A DNA stretch of 64,000 nt, taken from contig OZ024745.1 of assembly GCA_964016885.1 (NCBI GenBank), forward strand, positions 117,366,001-117,430,000. The letters run 5' to 3'. The position numbers and the translations under genes are program-made. Positions 12,249 to 25,847 of the stretch are shown piece after piece; within the stretch, counting starts at the first letter, position 1; each line of letters starts with the position of its first letter. The stretch is from Eledone cirrhosa. Its lineage: Eukaryota. The notes below the pieces were generated by a model, which worked only from the letters and a program-made list of their open reading frames with translations, ran no database searches and was not told where the DNA came from.

Positions 12249-14113
12249 TATATGTGCGTAAAAATTAATTGAAAAGGTTTGAAGCAATGATTGTATGTGA
12301 ATATTCGTAAAATTGGAGTATTCTCACAATGAGGGGTAGCTGTAAATGGCTGGATACTATATGTTTAGTAAAAAGTTTTTTGAGTTAAGATATAACCTCA
12401 AATCAAATGGAGAGTAGAAGAGAGAGGAAGAATGAGAATCTAAAGTATGATATGATGATGATTAGTAAAGTTGTAGTTATTCTCTTTGGTTTATGTAGGA
12501 TTCTATATAGAATTGTAGTATTATATTTTTCTATCTAATTTTGTTACATGTACTGTATAATAATGTGGTGGGATGACTTCTTGTAAATGATTCGTCAACC
12601 AATGAGCAAGTGTTGTACTTCTGTGCCTGATGTTTGAGTCGTGAAGGTCACAGCTTTTATGTTTACATAGAAATTAATATATTATATTAGTCATCTGAAG
12701 GGTCTTTGGAATAATGTTACTTGATTGAGTGCATAGATCAGAGAATTGCTCCCAGTAGAGCTGCTACTTTGAATTGAGAGATCACAGCTCCAGTAACAGG
12801 CATGTGGTTAGAATGTCTAAGGAAAGAATCACTGGACAGACCAGCTGGCATGAGACCCAGGAGTAGACCCCAAGTATGATGTTTGGATAACATCTATGAG
12901 CTTGGCTGGAGATCCAGCCAGATCAGTTGGAGACAGTTGCTCATAACAGGACCTGCTTGAAAGAGTGTTTGAGGACTCTGCCTCCACGACCCTCTCAGGA
13001 ATAAATGGGTGAAGCAAATCTGAAGTGTGTTGTGTGGTGCTGGTTGGTGGTTTTGTGTATTTTTTGTTTGTTTGTTTTGTAATATAACTGAGTTTGGGAT
13101 TAGGGGCAATACATGTGTTTTCTTTCATGAGTTTTTATGTGACATATTTATCCTTCTACTACTTGGGTGTATAAAATGTGTGGTTTGTGTATTTTTATTG
13201 GGTATTCTGTTATATGAGTGGGCGTAAATTTGTTGTATTGTTCTATGAAAAACCTTCTCTTCAATACACATGCCTCTTTCCTTTCTGTTTCACTATCTCT
13301 CCCACTCTTATTTTCAGTTTAACTCTCAATATTTATGTTTTATTTATATCTTTCCTTCACCTTATATTTATTTCTATTTAAAATCACATTTCTTTAATTT
13401 ATCTTTAACTTACTGTTGCATTGTTATTGTTTCTTACTGAAGAATTTCAGCTTACTGTATTCGGAGTTCAAATCTTTGTGTTGCCTACTTGAGTGGTGAA
13501 TTTAATCCATCACACAACACTGCCAATATAACCCTTGGCTGTCATAGAAGCAACTATCCTAGAATTATTAAGAAGAATGGTATTTTTCTCAAATACTCCT
13601 CTTTAAAAATAAATAATGAAAATCGTTTCAGGTTTAAACTGTTTTGAAAATAAAAATTCTTCAACAAAGTATTTTTCACTAGGACTGCAGTTTTTTAATC
13701 CATAAAGTCCTGCACCACATGAAACCACATTAGCAAGTCATTCTTGAAAGGACAGAACAGCACTATGAATACATCATATTAAAAATTATAGCCTTAAAAA
13801 TTATAGCCTGTTCAGTAGTAAAGATACTATAAACATTTTAATTAACAAACCCATTTTTAGACATTTTTATTATTATTGTTATTATTAAACTATTTTATTG
13901 GATTCAATGTATGGAGAACTTATATTTAGTATTTTGGGGACTTTTTTGAGTTTTATAATAATAGTTGTAACAATGCATATCATACTGAAATCATTAGTTT
14001 TTTCCTATTTTATCTGAAATACTCTCACTAATTGTTCTCCTATTGATAGTTAGTGTAATATAATTAATTCTATCTAAATATATTTTATAATATAATTTAT
14101 ATTTTTTTCTTAG

Positions 14114-14199
14114 TAAGAAATTACAATTATCATCATACAACTTCAAAAGATCTCCCTGAATACTCTTCCGGAGGAAAATACAATCCATCAGAATTGGAG
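14114..14199 (+). CDS. Host gene exon C (LRNYNYHHTTSKDLPEYSSGGKYNPSELE)
   Basis: ttttttcttag| acceptor, gag|gtaaag donor; phase 1->0, open frame. Confidence 0.85.
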
Positions 14200-14508
14200 G
14201 TAAAGATCTGATTTAAATTTTATTTAACTTAGGGTTTTCATCTTCATGCAAAAGGCATTGGATGTTGAAGATCTGCAGCAGCTTGAGAGAAATCTGTTGG
14301 GTACATGAGCACAGCTGGACTGAGAGGGTGACTGCATTGTAAAGAAGATGCATCTCAGGGGATTGGACTTGTGCAAATATATAATGAGTGCAAGATGAAC
14401 ATATCTGTGTGCTGCAAATAGTGGATAACACTGTGATATATTATTCTATTACATGTTCCAGCTGACAGGCTGAGGCCATTCTGGGGCACTGCCATTAGAA
14501 AAATTACC

Positions 14509-14601
14509 TGCCCTGAGTGAGGCTTGAACCTCTACATATCTTTCTACTTGTGGTTAACAAAAGTATAAATAGGGTGCCCTAATCGATTGTGCCAGCAGGG
14601 C
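14509..14601 (-). pseudogene. Intron-containing tRNA-Ile(TAT)-like pseudogene
   Basis: GCCCTGC-TGGCACAATCGATTAGGGC...TTTATA-[insert]...GGTTCAAGCCTCAC-TCAGGGC-A followed by TTTTT; D-loop GG mutated, anticodon stem imperfect. Confidence 0.6.
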
Positions 14602-15059
14602 AGTTATTGATAAAAATATAAAAGTTGGCATAGGTAATAGGGTTTCATGCAAATTCTCTTTAAACAATTCTTAAAGAAGCTATTAAATTGTATTGTATTT
14701 TAATTAATTCATAGTACACCATTCTTTGTCCTGAGGTCAAACATTTTGAGGATAAAGAAACTTTGAAATTGAGTATAAGTAAATAAAAAATGTTGAAACA
14801 ATTATGCTAATTTTGTGGCTAGGACGACATTTTGAAGAAATACATCTCTAATATTAACCAATCTTAATTTACAAATGACCATGTTATTAAAAATGAATTA
14901 CATTGACCAAATATATAAAGTATTAACTTCTATGTTAGAATTGTGAATATTATTTACCTGATAGTTGGTTCAGTTGTTGGCCACTAAACTACAGTTTGAC
15001 AGGTATCCTTTTATATAGAACAGAATTAATATTTATGTTCATTATTTGATAAATATTTA

Positions 15060-15247
15060 GGGCGATGGATTGGCAGTATCGGTAGAGGGTCTGACGCCAT
15101 GCTTTGCAGCAAAGAGTTATGGCCCTTTATGATCTGAGTTCAAATCCCACCAAGGTTAACTTTGCCTTTCATCCTTATGGGGTCGATAAAATAAAGTACC
15201 AGTAATACACTGGAATAATTGCTGGCCTTGTGCCAAAAATAGAAACA
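15060..15247 (+). mobile_element. tRNA-derived SINE family 1 (about 18 copies, e.g. 2608, 7718, 8661-, 23640-, 24067, 35152-, 36140-, 39600-, 40638-, 42103, 46717, 48953, 58933, 59135, 59244)
   Basis: ggattggcagtatcggtaga...gagttcaaatcc...gcctttcatccttacggggtcgataaaataaagtaccag...gtagaaacaatt; 19-bp TSD attatttgataaatattta. Confidence 0.9.
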
Positions 15248-15605
15248 ATTATTTGATAAATATTTACAATTACATTTTTAAAGAATAGTTCAGTGTGATA
15301 TTGTTTTTTCAGTTTCTGTAAAAATGTCCAGAAAATAATTATGTAAATATATGAAATGTTCTCTATTAAAAAAACCCTGAAACAAAATTGGACTAAACAA
15401 CAATTATAACCTTTTTCTTATCAAAAATATTATTTTCCAAAATTTCAAGTAATTTGTATTTTTCTATTGCACCACTTTCAGATTAGGCATTAAAATAAGT
15501 TTGTCTTTATTACTTGTCATCTTTCTTTTCATCTTTCTTCCTCCTCTTCCCTTTCATATTTCCTCTTCTCTTCTTCCTTATTGTGATAATCCTTTCTTTA
15601 TTAGA

Positions 15606-15781
15606 CACACACACATACATACACACTCACACATACATACATACACATACACACATACATACATACATACATACATACATACATACATACATACATACAT
15701 ACATACATACATGCATGCATGCATGCATGCATGCATGCATGCATGCATGCATGCATGCATACATACATGCATGCATGCATC
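15606..15781. repeat. Compound (CATA)n/(CATG)n microsatellite
   Basis: Visible directly. Confidence 0.95.
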
Positions 15782-15879
15782 CACACTTTCTCTCTCACAC
15801 ACTCACACAAATAGACATACATATAAACAAAATGATTATGAACAAACATGTTGGGAGAAAGACAAAAATATAATATAAC

Positions 15880-17960
15880 AAAGAAAAAAAGTATCTGGCT
15901 ATATGAAAGAATAGCCCTGCTACTTAGGGAAGATCTTGGCATCCGAAGATATTGAACATATTCCAGTCTGGGTACTTGAAATCTCCAGGAAATATTCAAG
16001 TACTGACCTGCTTACATATACCTGTCTTATAACTTATGCCCACCTTTCAGCAAATTTGCTAGAAGGCAGCACTCACTTTTCAAAACTCTCCTACTTCAAA
16101 TGAAATTGATGGAAGTTTTCAAACATATCCTTCATGCAACCTCTTTTATCATAACCACCAAACAGGAAAATTGACCCTCCTTGGCAAAGCAGAGCAGTGG
16201 GGAATCTTTAGATATGTTTTGGCCAACAACCAGATTCATCCTATTTGCGATAACAGCTGTTTGATGATTAAATCTTGAATGAGTGAATGAAGAATAGATT
16301 TGTCACCCTTTGCACATTTTGGACAAACAAACATTTTTGAATGCTGTCCATATTCACTAGACTAAAACCCCTCATACATAGTCTACATAGTTGGTTTTCA
16401 GTGGTGCTCAGGGTTTCCTGATTATATTGTCACTTATGCTCCCCACTAACCCACTATAAAATGCTAGTGTACACATTCTATTAACCACATTTCCCAGCTA
16501 GTAGAAAACTGTGTTACTTAACAATGTTCCAGATGCTAAGCATGTAATCTTGGTTTAGGCTTAACCGAGGGCTACAATTCCTACACTATAAGGTCGATGT
16601 CATCCCAGCTAAACAGGATACCTTCAACATCTCTACCTCCTGCAACAATGTCTTAGGAGCCAAAAGCTACAGAAACAATGACAGCATGAGCATGTAATAC
16701 CAAATGGTACCTACGTAATATCAAGATACCCCATCACCTTCACCACCTACTGCTGTCACTTCTGCATATCTGGTATTTACAAAAGTGCACATGACTATTG
16801 CTGGTGTTGAGTAAAGCACAAATCTTTATACATAAATTGTATATAAGGCTTGTATCAGGGTTTTTATTAAAAGTCTATCCTCTAAGTGTTCTCTGAAATT
16901 GACTTATCTTCTCAATTATCAGATTGTTCTCTTCCTTTTTCTTTCTTAAACATATCCATCAATTCATCATTGCCAATTCAAATTACTGTGAATCTCATAC
17001 AGTCCTAATTGTATGCAGTTAGAGGAACATATTTTCTGTGTTTTTATTTAACTTTTTGGGGCTGTTCTTTAAGTTTCCCATGCCTCTCCAGCCTCTATTT
17101 TCTCTCCATTGTTACAAGATGATGGAATGTTACTATTGGTTGTAGCATCCCACCAGCACTGTACTCGAGGAGGGGACTGCTCAAATTATTGGTGCTCTAC
17201 CTGGTTATCAATTTCTGGCACTGATGATTAGGTGATCCCCCCCCCCCCCTCCCCTTACTATACTCAAGCAGAACTACTGTTGTTGACTGCTCTCTTTCCA
17301 CCCCTGCTTATTCTTCTCCAGGTAGAAAACCCTCAAGTGGGTCTTGTTCTGACATGTCTAAGAGCTGGCCTCTCTGGCCTGCACCACCAGTCTGATTACC
17401 ACAATGGGGTACAACTCTGGAACAGTTTTGTGGTCTCAAGGAGTCATCAGAAATTCATATTCCTGCAAATTCTACCTGAATACGTGTGATATGTTACCTC
17501 TCTGGTCACCATTTACCTTTACTGTTCCACAAAAGTGATGAGCCAAAGGTCAAGATTCATACCAATGTCCTTCATGGTGATTTTTGTATTTTGACCTCTT
17601 ATATATTGCTAAAACTCTAAGCTGGTGTATGGCACATCAATTCTACTTGCTTTCTGTTAAACACCAGGCACATACTTCCATATTCCCTGCATTAGCTGAT
17701 GAATCAGACATTGTGTCACACATCAACTAGGATTTCCTCTAACTGCCCCATCATGGGTATATGGGAACCTGCTCTGTTTTGCCCCAAATCATCAAACATA
17801 TATCTCCCACATTGTTCGTTTTTTTCAGAAGCTGGCCTATGTTTATTATTTTCATTCTGGCTTGCAATCTTTGTAAAAGATCTGTCTTCATTGCTTAAAA
17901 TTTGTATCGTTGTGTGTGTGTTTGCAAATCTGTTTCTCTCTACATGTCATTTCCTCCCAA
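15880..17960 (-). mobile_element. Highly decayed LINE remnant
   Basis: FKY-like and QG-like codon remnants and purine-rich minus strand; no continuous ORF. Confidence 0.3.
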
Positions 17961-18269
17961 TTTACTCTTCGTTTAATGTACTTTTCTCAACATTTTCAAA
18001 ATATATTTTTTGGTGGGTTTGTTGCTATTACTTTTTTCACTCCTCAAGATGAAGCGATATTACATTTGTGTATCTTAAAGAAAATGTTATTTTTTATGAA
18101 AGATTCAGTAAGATTCTCCTTGAATAACAATATATTTGACTTAAATTGTTAGCTTCTTTTTATTTTGATTAATGTTGATAGACGTTGCAGAAATGGTTGA
18201 CCTATTCTTTAATGTGTTTTAGCATTAGCCTAAATTAATTAGCCTATATTAATCCCTCTAAGGCCATTT

Positions 18270-19600
18270 TCCCTGCTAAAGGAGGGGTTAGCATTTTGGG
18301 CCTCATACCAAGCTTTGTCATTTTACTCTATCTTCTGCATTTCCATCACTTTGGCTTTCATTTCCTCCTCCCTCGTTCAGCCATGCCATTCTTGGTTTTG
18401 TCTGCCTCTATTTCATTCCATATTCATTTTCATCACTTATCTCAACCACTGACTTTCATCCTTCCTCAACACATGACCAAGCCATATCATTCTGTTTCTC
18501 TTTGCAACATTCATCAGTGGCTCTATTCCCATCATCCTATGCAATTTATTGTTTGTCCTCCTTTCTCATCCACCAAACGATTCTCATATTTATTTTTTCC
18601 AGCCTTTCCTGCTGGTCCATACTTATCACCCATGTCTTGTTCCCATAAATCATAGCATTTCTCACACAAGCAGCATGTACATTTACCTTCAGTTTCAGTA
18701 ACACACTCCTCCACATTAGCACACCACTCAGTTACATCTCATTCTAGCCATTGTCACCAAGTTTGATCCACCTTCTCCATTCAGCATGTCTCCTAGGTAA
18801 CAACCATTTTTCCTCTCTTCTATTTTCACTGTTTCCATGATCCAGCCCAACATGCTCTCCATCTGCAGCTCTCACCATAAACACCTTACACTTAAATGTA
18901 GATTCTATATTATTGAATAATCTCTTCAAACCATTACATTTTTTATGGACCCACCCAGTGCATATCATACATTTAATAGAGTTCATTCTAACACCCTTCC
19001 TGCACACTGCATACAGCCACCTCGCTGTTCTTTCTACCTCATTAATATACTTTACTACTTGCCATTGCTTTCGTCATTCTGATATTCATCTTCATACCTT
19101 TTGCCTACATACATTCCTTTCATTTTTCATCTTCTCCCTAACTCCATCCATACTCTCTGCTATTAAAATCAAATGATCTATGTACAAAATTCCATGGTAA
19201 ATCTTTTTATATACTTCAGGCCAATACCTCCATCACGACTACAGTAGTAGTGGACTTAATACTAACATTGATGTACTCCATCATTTATTTCCAACTTGTC
19301 ACTGTTTTTGTCCTTCATCCTTACAAATATATGTGCTCTCTCATACATTGTCATTCTGCTAACCACCCATTCCTTCACTCCTAACTCCCTTGGTGCCCAT
19401 ATCAGAACGTCACATATCTCCCAGTTGAAAGCATTCCCCAAATTAATAAACCCCCAAAACTATTTTTTCCTTTTGTCCTTGTATTTCTCTTGTAATTGGC
19501 TCACAATAAAAGTTTCATCAGGATAAATCCAAACAGCATTTCATCAATCTTCACTGTTTTTCCTCATTCCTTTCTCTAACATTCTTTCCAATAGCATAAT
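18270..19600 (-). mobile_element. Decayed PHD-RTE LINE fragment
   Basis: CRKGVRMNSIKCMICTGWVHKKC...CKV motif (ORF 18744..19007). Confidence 0.75.
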
Positions 19601-19822
19601 TCATCTACATTCTAAGATCATATACTCAGAGTATAAAAAGATGGAATTAATGCTGAAAGGCAGGTTAAATTTTGATTTCACTTCTTGAAGATAATGAAGT
19701 ATGAACTAGTTATGTGCTAGATTTTAATTTAAAAGACTTTACTTCATTCCATCAAGTTTGTAGCCTTCAAGAAATCTTTATCTTGGACACATTTTTAGTA
19801 TTTTAAATTAATTTCTTTGCAG

Positions 19823-19921
19823 GCATATGGTACACCTTTAACATTAGGCCGAGTATTGAATGTAAAAGAAATTTGGCACCTTGTACAAGAAGAAGTAGAA
19901 AAAAAATATTTAGGGGATCAA
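19823..19921 (+). CDS. Host gene exon D (AYGTPLTLGRVLNVKEIWHLVQEEVEKKYLGDQ)
   Basis: ttctttgcag| acceptor, caa|gtaaga donor; 99 nt, phase 0->0. Confidence 0.85.
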
Positions 19922-20023
19922 GTAAGAACATATTTGGTTTTTGTCGTTATTTAAACTTTTATAATTTTAAAACATTATGTAATGTATTTAAGTAAATATT
20001 AAAAACAAAATTCTCATTGATAA

Positions 20024-20270
20024 CACTGGTCAACACTCTTTTTGCTGACTTAGGTTTTGTTGTTTTTAGCTAATTTTGAGGTGCTGATTTGAAATATGGT
20101 ATCCATTTTTTCCTAACACACTAGGTTTTCATGTTTGTCTTTTGCTAGTGAAAACTTGACATCATAGAAAAACAGTATTGTCATTTTTAAGCTCAGGAGC
20201 CCAAATTACTCAAGAACAGGTCTCAAACTTTGGTCAGCAGGAAAAAAAAGCAAAACTTTGTTGACCAGTG
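20024..20270. mobile_element. MITE with 12-bp TIR CACTGGTCAACA; partial duplicate at ~20337-20428
   Basis: cactggtcaaca at 20024 and tgttgaccagtg at 20259-20270. Confidence 0.6.
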
Positions 20271-20679
20271 TGCTATCTGTTGTAGCATCTGTTGTAGCTA
20301 TGGGTTGGCACAATATGGACCAGCCCATAGATAAAAAAAAACTTGATGTGATAGAAAAACAGTATTGTCATTTTTAAACTCATGAGCCCAAAATTACTCA
20401 AGAACAGGTCTCAAACTTTGGTCAGCTGAAAAATTGTTGAAATATAACTTTCTATATTATTCTTGTCATATTTCAATGTTTGTATTTCTATACTGAATAA
20501 TTTTAGTAAATCTCTCAAAATTCTTCATTAATTAATTGAAATAGCATGTATTTTCATTAGAAATATGGTCACGAAAGGGTTAAATATATTCATCTGCATT
20601 ATAACGGAAATTGTTTAGTAAAGTGATGTTTTATATTGAAAAAAGTATTTTTAATATTTAGACCATTTTCAATTTTTAG

Positions 20680-20784
20680 AAAGAACTTTCAAATTCTACT
20701 GAGCTATGGAAAGATGAAATTGGTGAAGAAATTGATGGCCTACAGCAAAAACTTTACAGGAAACAAGCTGTGTTTTCGGCTTTA
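20680..20784 (+). CDS. Host gene exon E (KELSNSTELWKDEIGEEIDGLQQKLYRKQAVFSAL)
   Basis: tttttag| acceptor, tta|gtaagt donor; 105 nt, phase 0->0. Confidence 0.85.
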
Positions 20785-21677
20785 GTAAGTTTATTTTGTG
20801 CTGTTTAGCTTCAGTTAATTATATATTGATTTCTAATATAGATACAAATCTATAGATTTTGTGGGCTTTCAAAACTAATAGGGAAATTGGAAATTTTAAA
20901 AATGTTTCTCATTTTTTCCCCATGCATTGATGCAATTTGATACTATGAATATTATAAATTACATTGTTTGTCATCAAATAAGATTAGTACAAAAATTAGA
21001 ATATATTAAGAATAACAAATCATCACCATCATCATAATTTTTATGTCTACTTTTCCATACTTGTATGCATTGGCTGGAATATTTGAGACAATTTTACAGC
21101 CAGATGCTCTTCCTGATGGTGACCATTTTAGTCACCTCTTATGACATGCACTGATTCAGTGTACCTATTCTGAGGATTTTAGTATATGAAAGTATATTCA
21201 ATATTTCTAAAATTAATTTGTTTAACGCATATTTAGCCTGCCATGATAATATTGAGGTCATACTTCAGATATTTGGCAAGAAAATGAATGCCAAATAACA
21301 TGAAGATTGTTTTTACAAGACTAGATATGCAGTTTGTCATAAACATGAAACATGCTTTCACTTACTGAAACAATTGGTAAAGTTACTACATAATTATTCT
21401 ATTTTATAATGAATACATACAATGAACTTCAGATACATCATCATCATCATCAACATCATTATTTAATGTCCACTTTCCCTGTTAGCAAGGGTTGTCTACA
21501 TAGACCAAGTCAAAACTGAAGTGGGTCCACTAACGCCTCAGACAGGCCGAGAAGGTCTGTATCCCGCTTATATACAGTCATTATCAAGTGCAGAGGAGAA
21601 GTCATGTCTTTTGACACAAACTGAAGGATCCTCCTAACCACTTGTTTGGCAAGCTTTCTACAGCTGGATGTCTTTTT

Positions 21678-23150
21678 TATCATCATCATCATTATCGATT
21701 TTACGTCTGCTTTTCCATGCTTGCATGGATTGGACAGGTCCTTCTCAGCACGGCATCTCTCCACTTATCGTGCTCCTTCATCATCTCCGCTGCCAGTTTT
21801 AGCGATTTGAGGTCCACTCTCACAACCTCTTCTCCAGTCTTTTTGGTCGTCCTCTATTGTGACTTCCTTCCACTGGGATTTCCTGGCATTTCTTCATCCA
21901 TGTGCATCACATGCCCATACCAACACAGTCTTCTCTTGCACACCATCTCAGATTCCCCTTAAACCCAGCTTCTCCCTCAGCTCATCCAAGTTCTGCCTTT
22001 CTCTCACATTTACATTGCAAATCCAACAAAACATGGTTACTTCATTTCTCTCCAGTCTATGTATGTCTTCTATGACCACAGCCCATTTTTCGCTACCATG
22101 CAGCATCGCACACTGCACACAGGTGTCATACAGCCTCACTTTTGTACAAAGGGAGTAAACTTTTGTTGTCAGCAGTTGGAAGAGTTCTCTAAACTTCTTC
22201 TATCCTATCCTTATTCTAGCTATTATAATCATGGCACACCTTCGTCTGCTGTTAATTAGATCACCTAGATAGCAGAAGCTATCAAGCACATTTATGTATC
22301 ATTCCTGTGACTGGAAAATGTTTATATCATCAGCACTCTTCCTCTCAATTTCTCCTGTGCATCTTCTACATGCAAAGTTCTCCTTTCCTGTTAGTCTACT
22401 CATTATCCCACTACATTTTTGTGTACCCAAGATTTACAGCAGTGGCTAAGAACTGAACCTTGCGTAAGTTGGGGGTAGTTTCTCTTCTGCCTATTCATTC
22501 TCTACATTCATCAATCTCTCATGGTAATATTTCCAAGCCTCTTTCTTTTGGGCATCAGTGGTGCTAAGTGCACCAGCATCATTTCTAACTCGTTTTCCCC
22601 ACCAAAACATCTCAATTCACACTAACACACTGCTTTGCATTATGGAACACTTCACGTCTCTGGTCCTCATGTATCAAGACATTGGCAAATTTACTTTCTT
22701 TAGTCTCTCATAATAAGCTGTGTATACCTGTCACCTAGCTTCTTTCTTAGCTACCTGGTACTAGTCTCTTCTATCCCCATTTTCAGTGTTTCCATGCCTG
22801 TCTTTTGGCTTTAATGGCTGTATCTACTGTGCTGTTCCACCACCAGTTCACCCTCTGTTTAGCTGGTACTTTACTCCAGCTGAAAGCCTCACCAGTAGTT
22901 CGCAAAAGGTTGTAGCGTAAGAATGTCCAGTTGTCCTCTACATTGTATGTTTCTAGCTCATCATCCCTCTCATTAAGTGCATCACGTAGGGCCTTTCTAA
23001 ACCTATATTTAACTGAAAGGTCCTTTAGCTTCCACACCGTTGGTCTTCCTATTTTCCTATGTGTCTTGTTCTGTCTTTTGTTTATTTTGATGTCACTAAT
23101 AACCTACTTGTGCTGGGCAGTACATTCTTCCCCAGTTAGTTATTAGGTTT
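21678..23150 (-). mobile_element. Internally deleted PHD-RTE LINE
   Basis: RLYDTCVQCAMLHGSEKW...LERNE and WWWNSTVDTAIKAKRQAWK motifs; (gat)n tail at ~21678-21693. Confidence 0.85.
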
Positions 23151-23258
23151 TGTACATTACTTGTTTACATATGGATGTCTGTCTGTCACTCTCTCTGCTG
23201 ACATCAGAAAGCTGTTGTCCTGCTATCTAATTAAAATGATGGGAAACATTTCGTCAAA

Positions 23259-23332
23259 AGCTCCTTAGCTTAATGGTTAAAGTGTCTAGCCAGTTTCTGG
23301 AAGATATGGAGTTCAATTCCTCATAGCAGCCG
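23259..23332 (+). pseudogene. tRNA-Thr(AGT)-like pseudogene
   Basis: A box tagcttaatggttaaag, anticodon arm tctag-ccAGTtt-ctgga, B box gagttcaattcc, downstream T run; acceptor stem poor. Confidence 0.55.
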
Positions 23333-23925
23333 ATGGCAACTTCTTTTTCCGTCTTTTAAGGGTGTTCACCCTATTTTCTAAGCTATTTTTATAGCATTTC
23401 TGCACTTGAGCACTTTCTTTATACTTATGTTATTATGTTTCCTCCCGTTGAATTGCTGTATTGCTGTAATGTAAACATTACAGCAATAACAAGTAGTTTC
23501 CACATGATGAGCAATTGTTTTGATTGGGTAGTCTCCCTTACAACACAGCAGTCCAACCAGCTATACATTTGACCTGCATTTCACCAAATTCCAAAATGGC
23601 AAAAACCAATGACCGATGACTGTGTAAGCAGCTCATTACATTTCATCCTTCCAAGGTTGACAAAATAGATACCAGTCAAATACTGGGGTTGATATACTTG
23701 ACATTCCCCCTTCCTTTCAAAATTGCTGGCCTTGTGCCAAAAATAGAAATCATTATTAAAAATGTTCACTTCTAATTTACACAAAAAACAAATTTTTCTT
23801 GAATTAGAACTCTGAAGTATAAACTTTAAAATGTAGTGTATTCATACATTTGAAATATGTTTCACTATTTATAACATTAGAAATTGTTTTTATAAATCTA
23901 TTCTAAATTATTTTTGTTGTCATAG

Positions 23926-24013
23926 AATTCTGGCAAAGTAGCTCATCCATGGCCATATTACCAGAGGTTATGTTCTTGTCAAGCTAGATCTCCTTGCCCA
24001 ACTCCACTTGTTG
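23926..24013 (+). CDS. Host gene exon F (NSGKVAHPWPYYQRLCSCQARSPCPTPLV)
   Basis: ttgtcatag| acceptor, g|gtaagt donor; phase 0->1. Confidence 0.85.
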
Positions 24014-25384
24014 GTAAGTATACATTATTTACAATTATTTATTTTATATCTATTATTTTGAGAGTTGTGGATTGGCAGTATCGGTAAAGCATCGGAGAAC
24101 ATGCTTTGCGGCATATAGTTACGATCCTTTATGTTCCGAGTTCAAATCCTGCTGAGGTTAGCTCTAAATATCTTGCTGCATTCAATTTTGAATCTCTTAC
24201 TACTGACATTAAAGGTCTTTAGATGATCAAGTTAGTAGAATGTCAACTTGTCTTTTTAAAAATTCACATTTTGTATACCATCGCTAGGACTGTTGTACCC
24301 TCCCCAAATACGATAATTTCTAATGACCCAGATCACCCAACTCCAGATATGTGTTGCATGAAAGCATCACCAATAGTTGTAGGCATCACTCTGTAATTAG
24401 TGTTTCATTACCTTTAATCATCATTGTCATTATAGTCATCATATTCATTAATTTCCATGCTGACCTGAGTCTGATACTTCTGCAGCATGTTACCATTTTT
24501 CTTGATCTTCTGTCATCTTGTTTAGAATGTTTGGCATCCATATATTTAACCTCAATTTCTTCCTATGATTTCTTTGTTCCTTTTATTTCAAGGGCATTTG
24601 TCATTATCTGCACATGACCACCACACTCCATTATCCTGCCTACATTGGCTGGTAATTTTAATCTCTTCAGTGTCATAGATGAGATAACTCATCCTAACAT
24701 GTATGCATTCCATGCCACAGACGAGATAACTTTTCCTGATATGTTTGAACTCTTTTCCAACAGTTCATAACTTCAAAGTTGTGTTGTTAATTGATGTTTG
24801 TTTAAAAAAATAGTCATTTTACTGAAAAAAAACCTGGCACAGCAACTGTAGCCGTGTAAAATATAAGTGGCAGTCAACAGGTTAATGTCTAGCCATTCTT
24901 TCAGCTCACTTTTGTTCTGATAGTCATGCAAATTAATGTGAATCTGCCTCCAGTTTCTCCAGTTTTCATCCAGTACTTATTTCTCACTGTCATACAACAT
25001 CACACTTCTTAGACATACTTTATAGGATCTGGTTTTGACACTGTTGGCAAACTTCTTACTCTTGCTACTTTTATTTCAACCACTTTCAGTTCTAACTGTT
25101 GTTGCTGAATCTGCTCTAATTTAGCAGATCTATGATCAAAGGCATTCCAGTTAGTCTTTTTTTTTTCAAGCATAGTTTACTTACATCATGATCATCATCA
25201 CTTTTTAATGTCCATTTTTCATGTCAGCATGAGTTAAACGAGTTGTTCTATTGTGAGACAAGCCAGGTCAGATGACCATGTCTTGCTCATACAGAACTGA
25301 TTTTGACTTGGTTTCTAAGGCTGGATGCCCTTTCTATTACCAGCCACATTTACAACTACCTTACTTGAATATCTATACCTAAGT

Positions 25385-25530
25385 GCAGAACTAGCTGTGT
25401 TGTTAAGATGTTTGTTTCACAACTATGTGGTTATAAGTTTAATTTTGTTGCACAGCACCTTAAGTAAGTATTTTCACTGATTAATACTTTGTTAATAGAC
25501 TTTTGTCAAGGCAAATTAGAAGCCTGTCGT
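25385..25530 (+). mobile_element. Old tRNA-derived SINE (family 3), decayed
   Basis: gctgtgttgttaagatgtttg...cagcaccttaagtaagtattttc...agaagcctgtcgtat. Confidence 0.5.
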
Positions 25531-25847
25531 ATCTACACATAAGTGTGTGTGTGATTGAACATGTTGGTGTAATTTGGTGCATTAAATTTCATCTCAAGGT
25601 ATCAGAGAGATTCAGTAAATAGAAATCGACAAAATAAATTTTCAACTGAAATAAAATATATCAGCATGACTACAGTCTAATGACTAAGGCTTAGGAATGT
25701 GTTAGTAACTTTTTAATGTAACAATTTCAAATTTTGTCACAATTTTAATGCCATACCCATTAATAGGCAAAGTTCAAGTATCAGCTCTAAAAAATAGGAA
25801 TATTTTATAACCTAACTGGTAAATCTCTATTCTATTTTTATTTTTAG

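Noticed and set aside
12622-12655. tgtgc-CTGATG...GAAG-GTC-acagc
   Set aside because: Core has several deviations and no stem II; chance cannot be excluded
20662-20679. Alternative upstream acceptor for exon E
   Set aside because: Weaker pyrimidine tract; would add 6 codons in frame, but nothing in the sequence favours it
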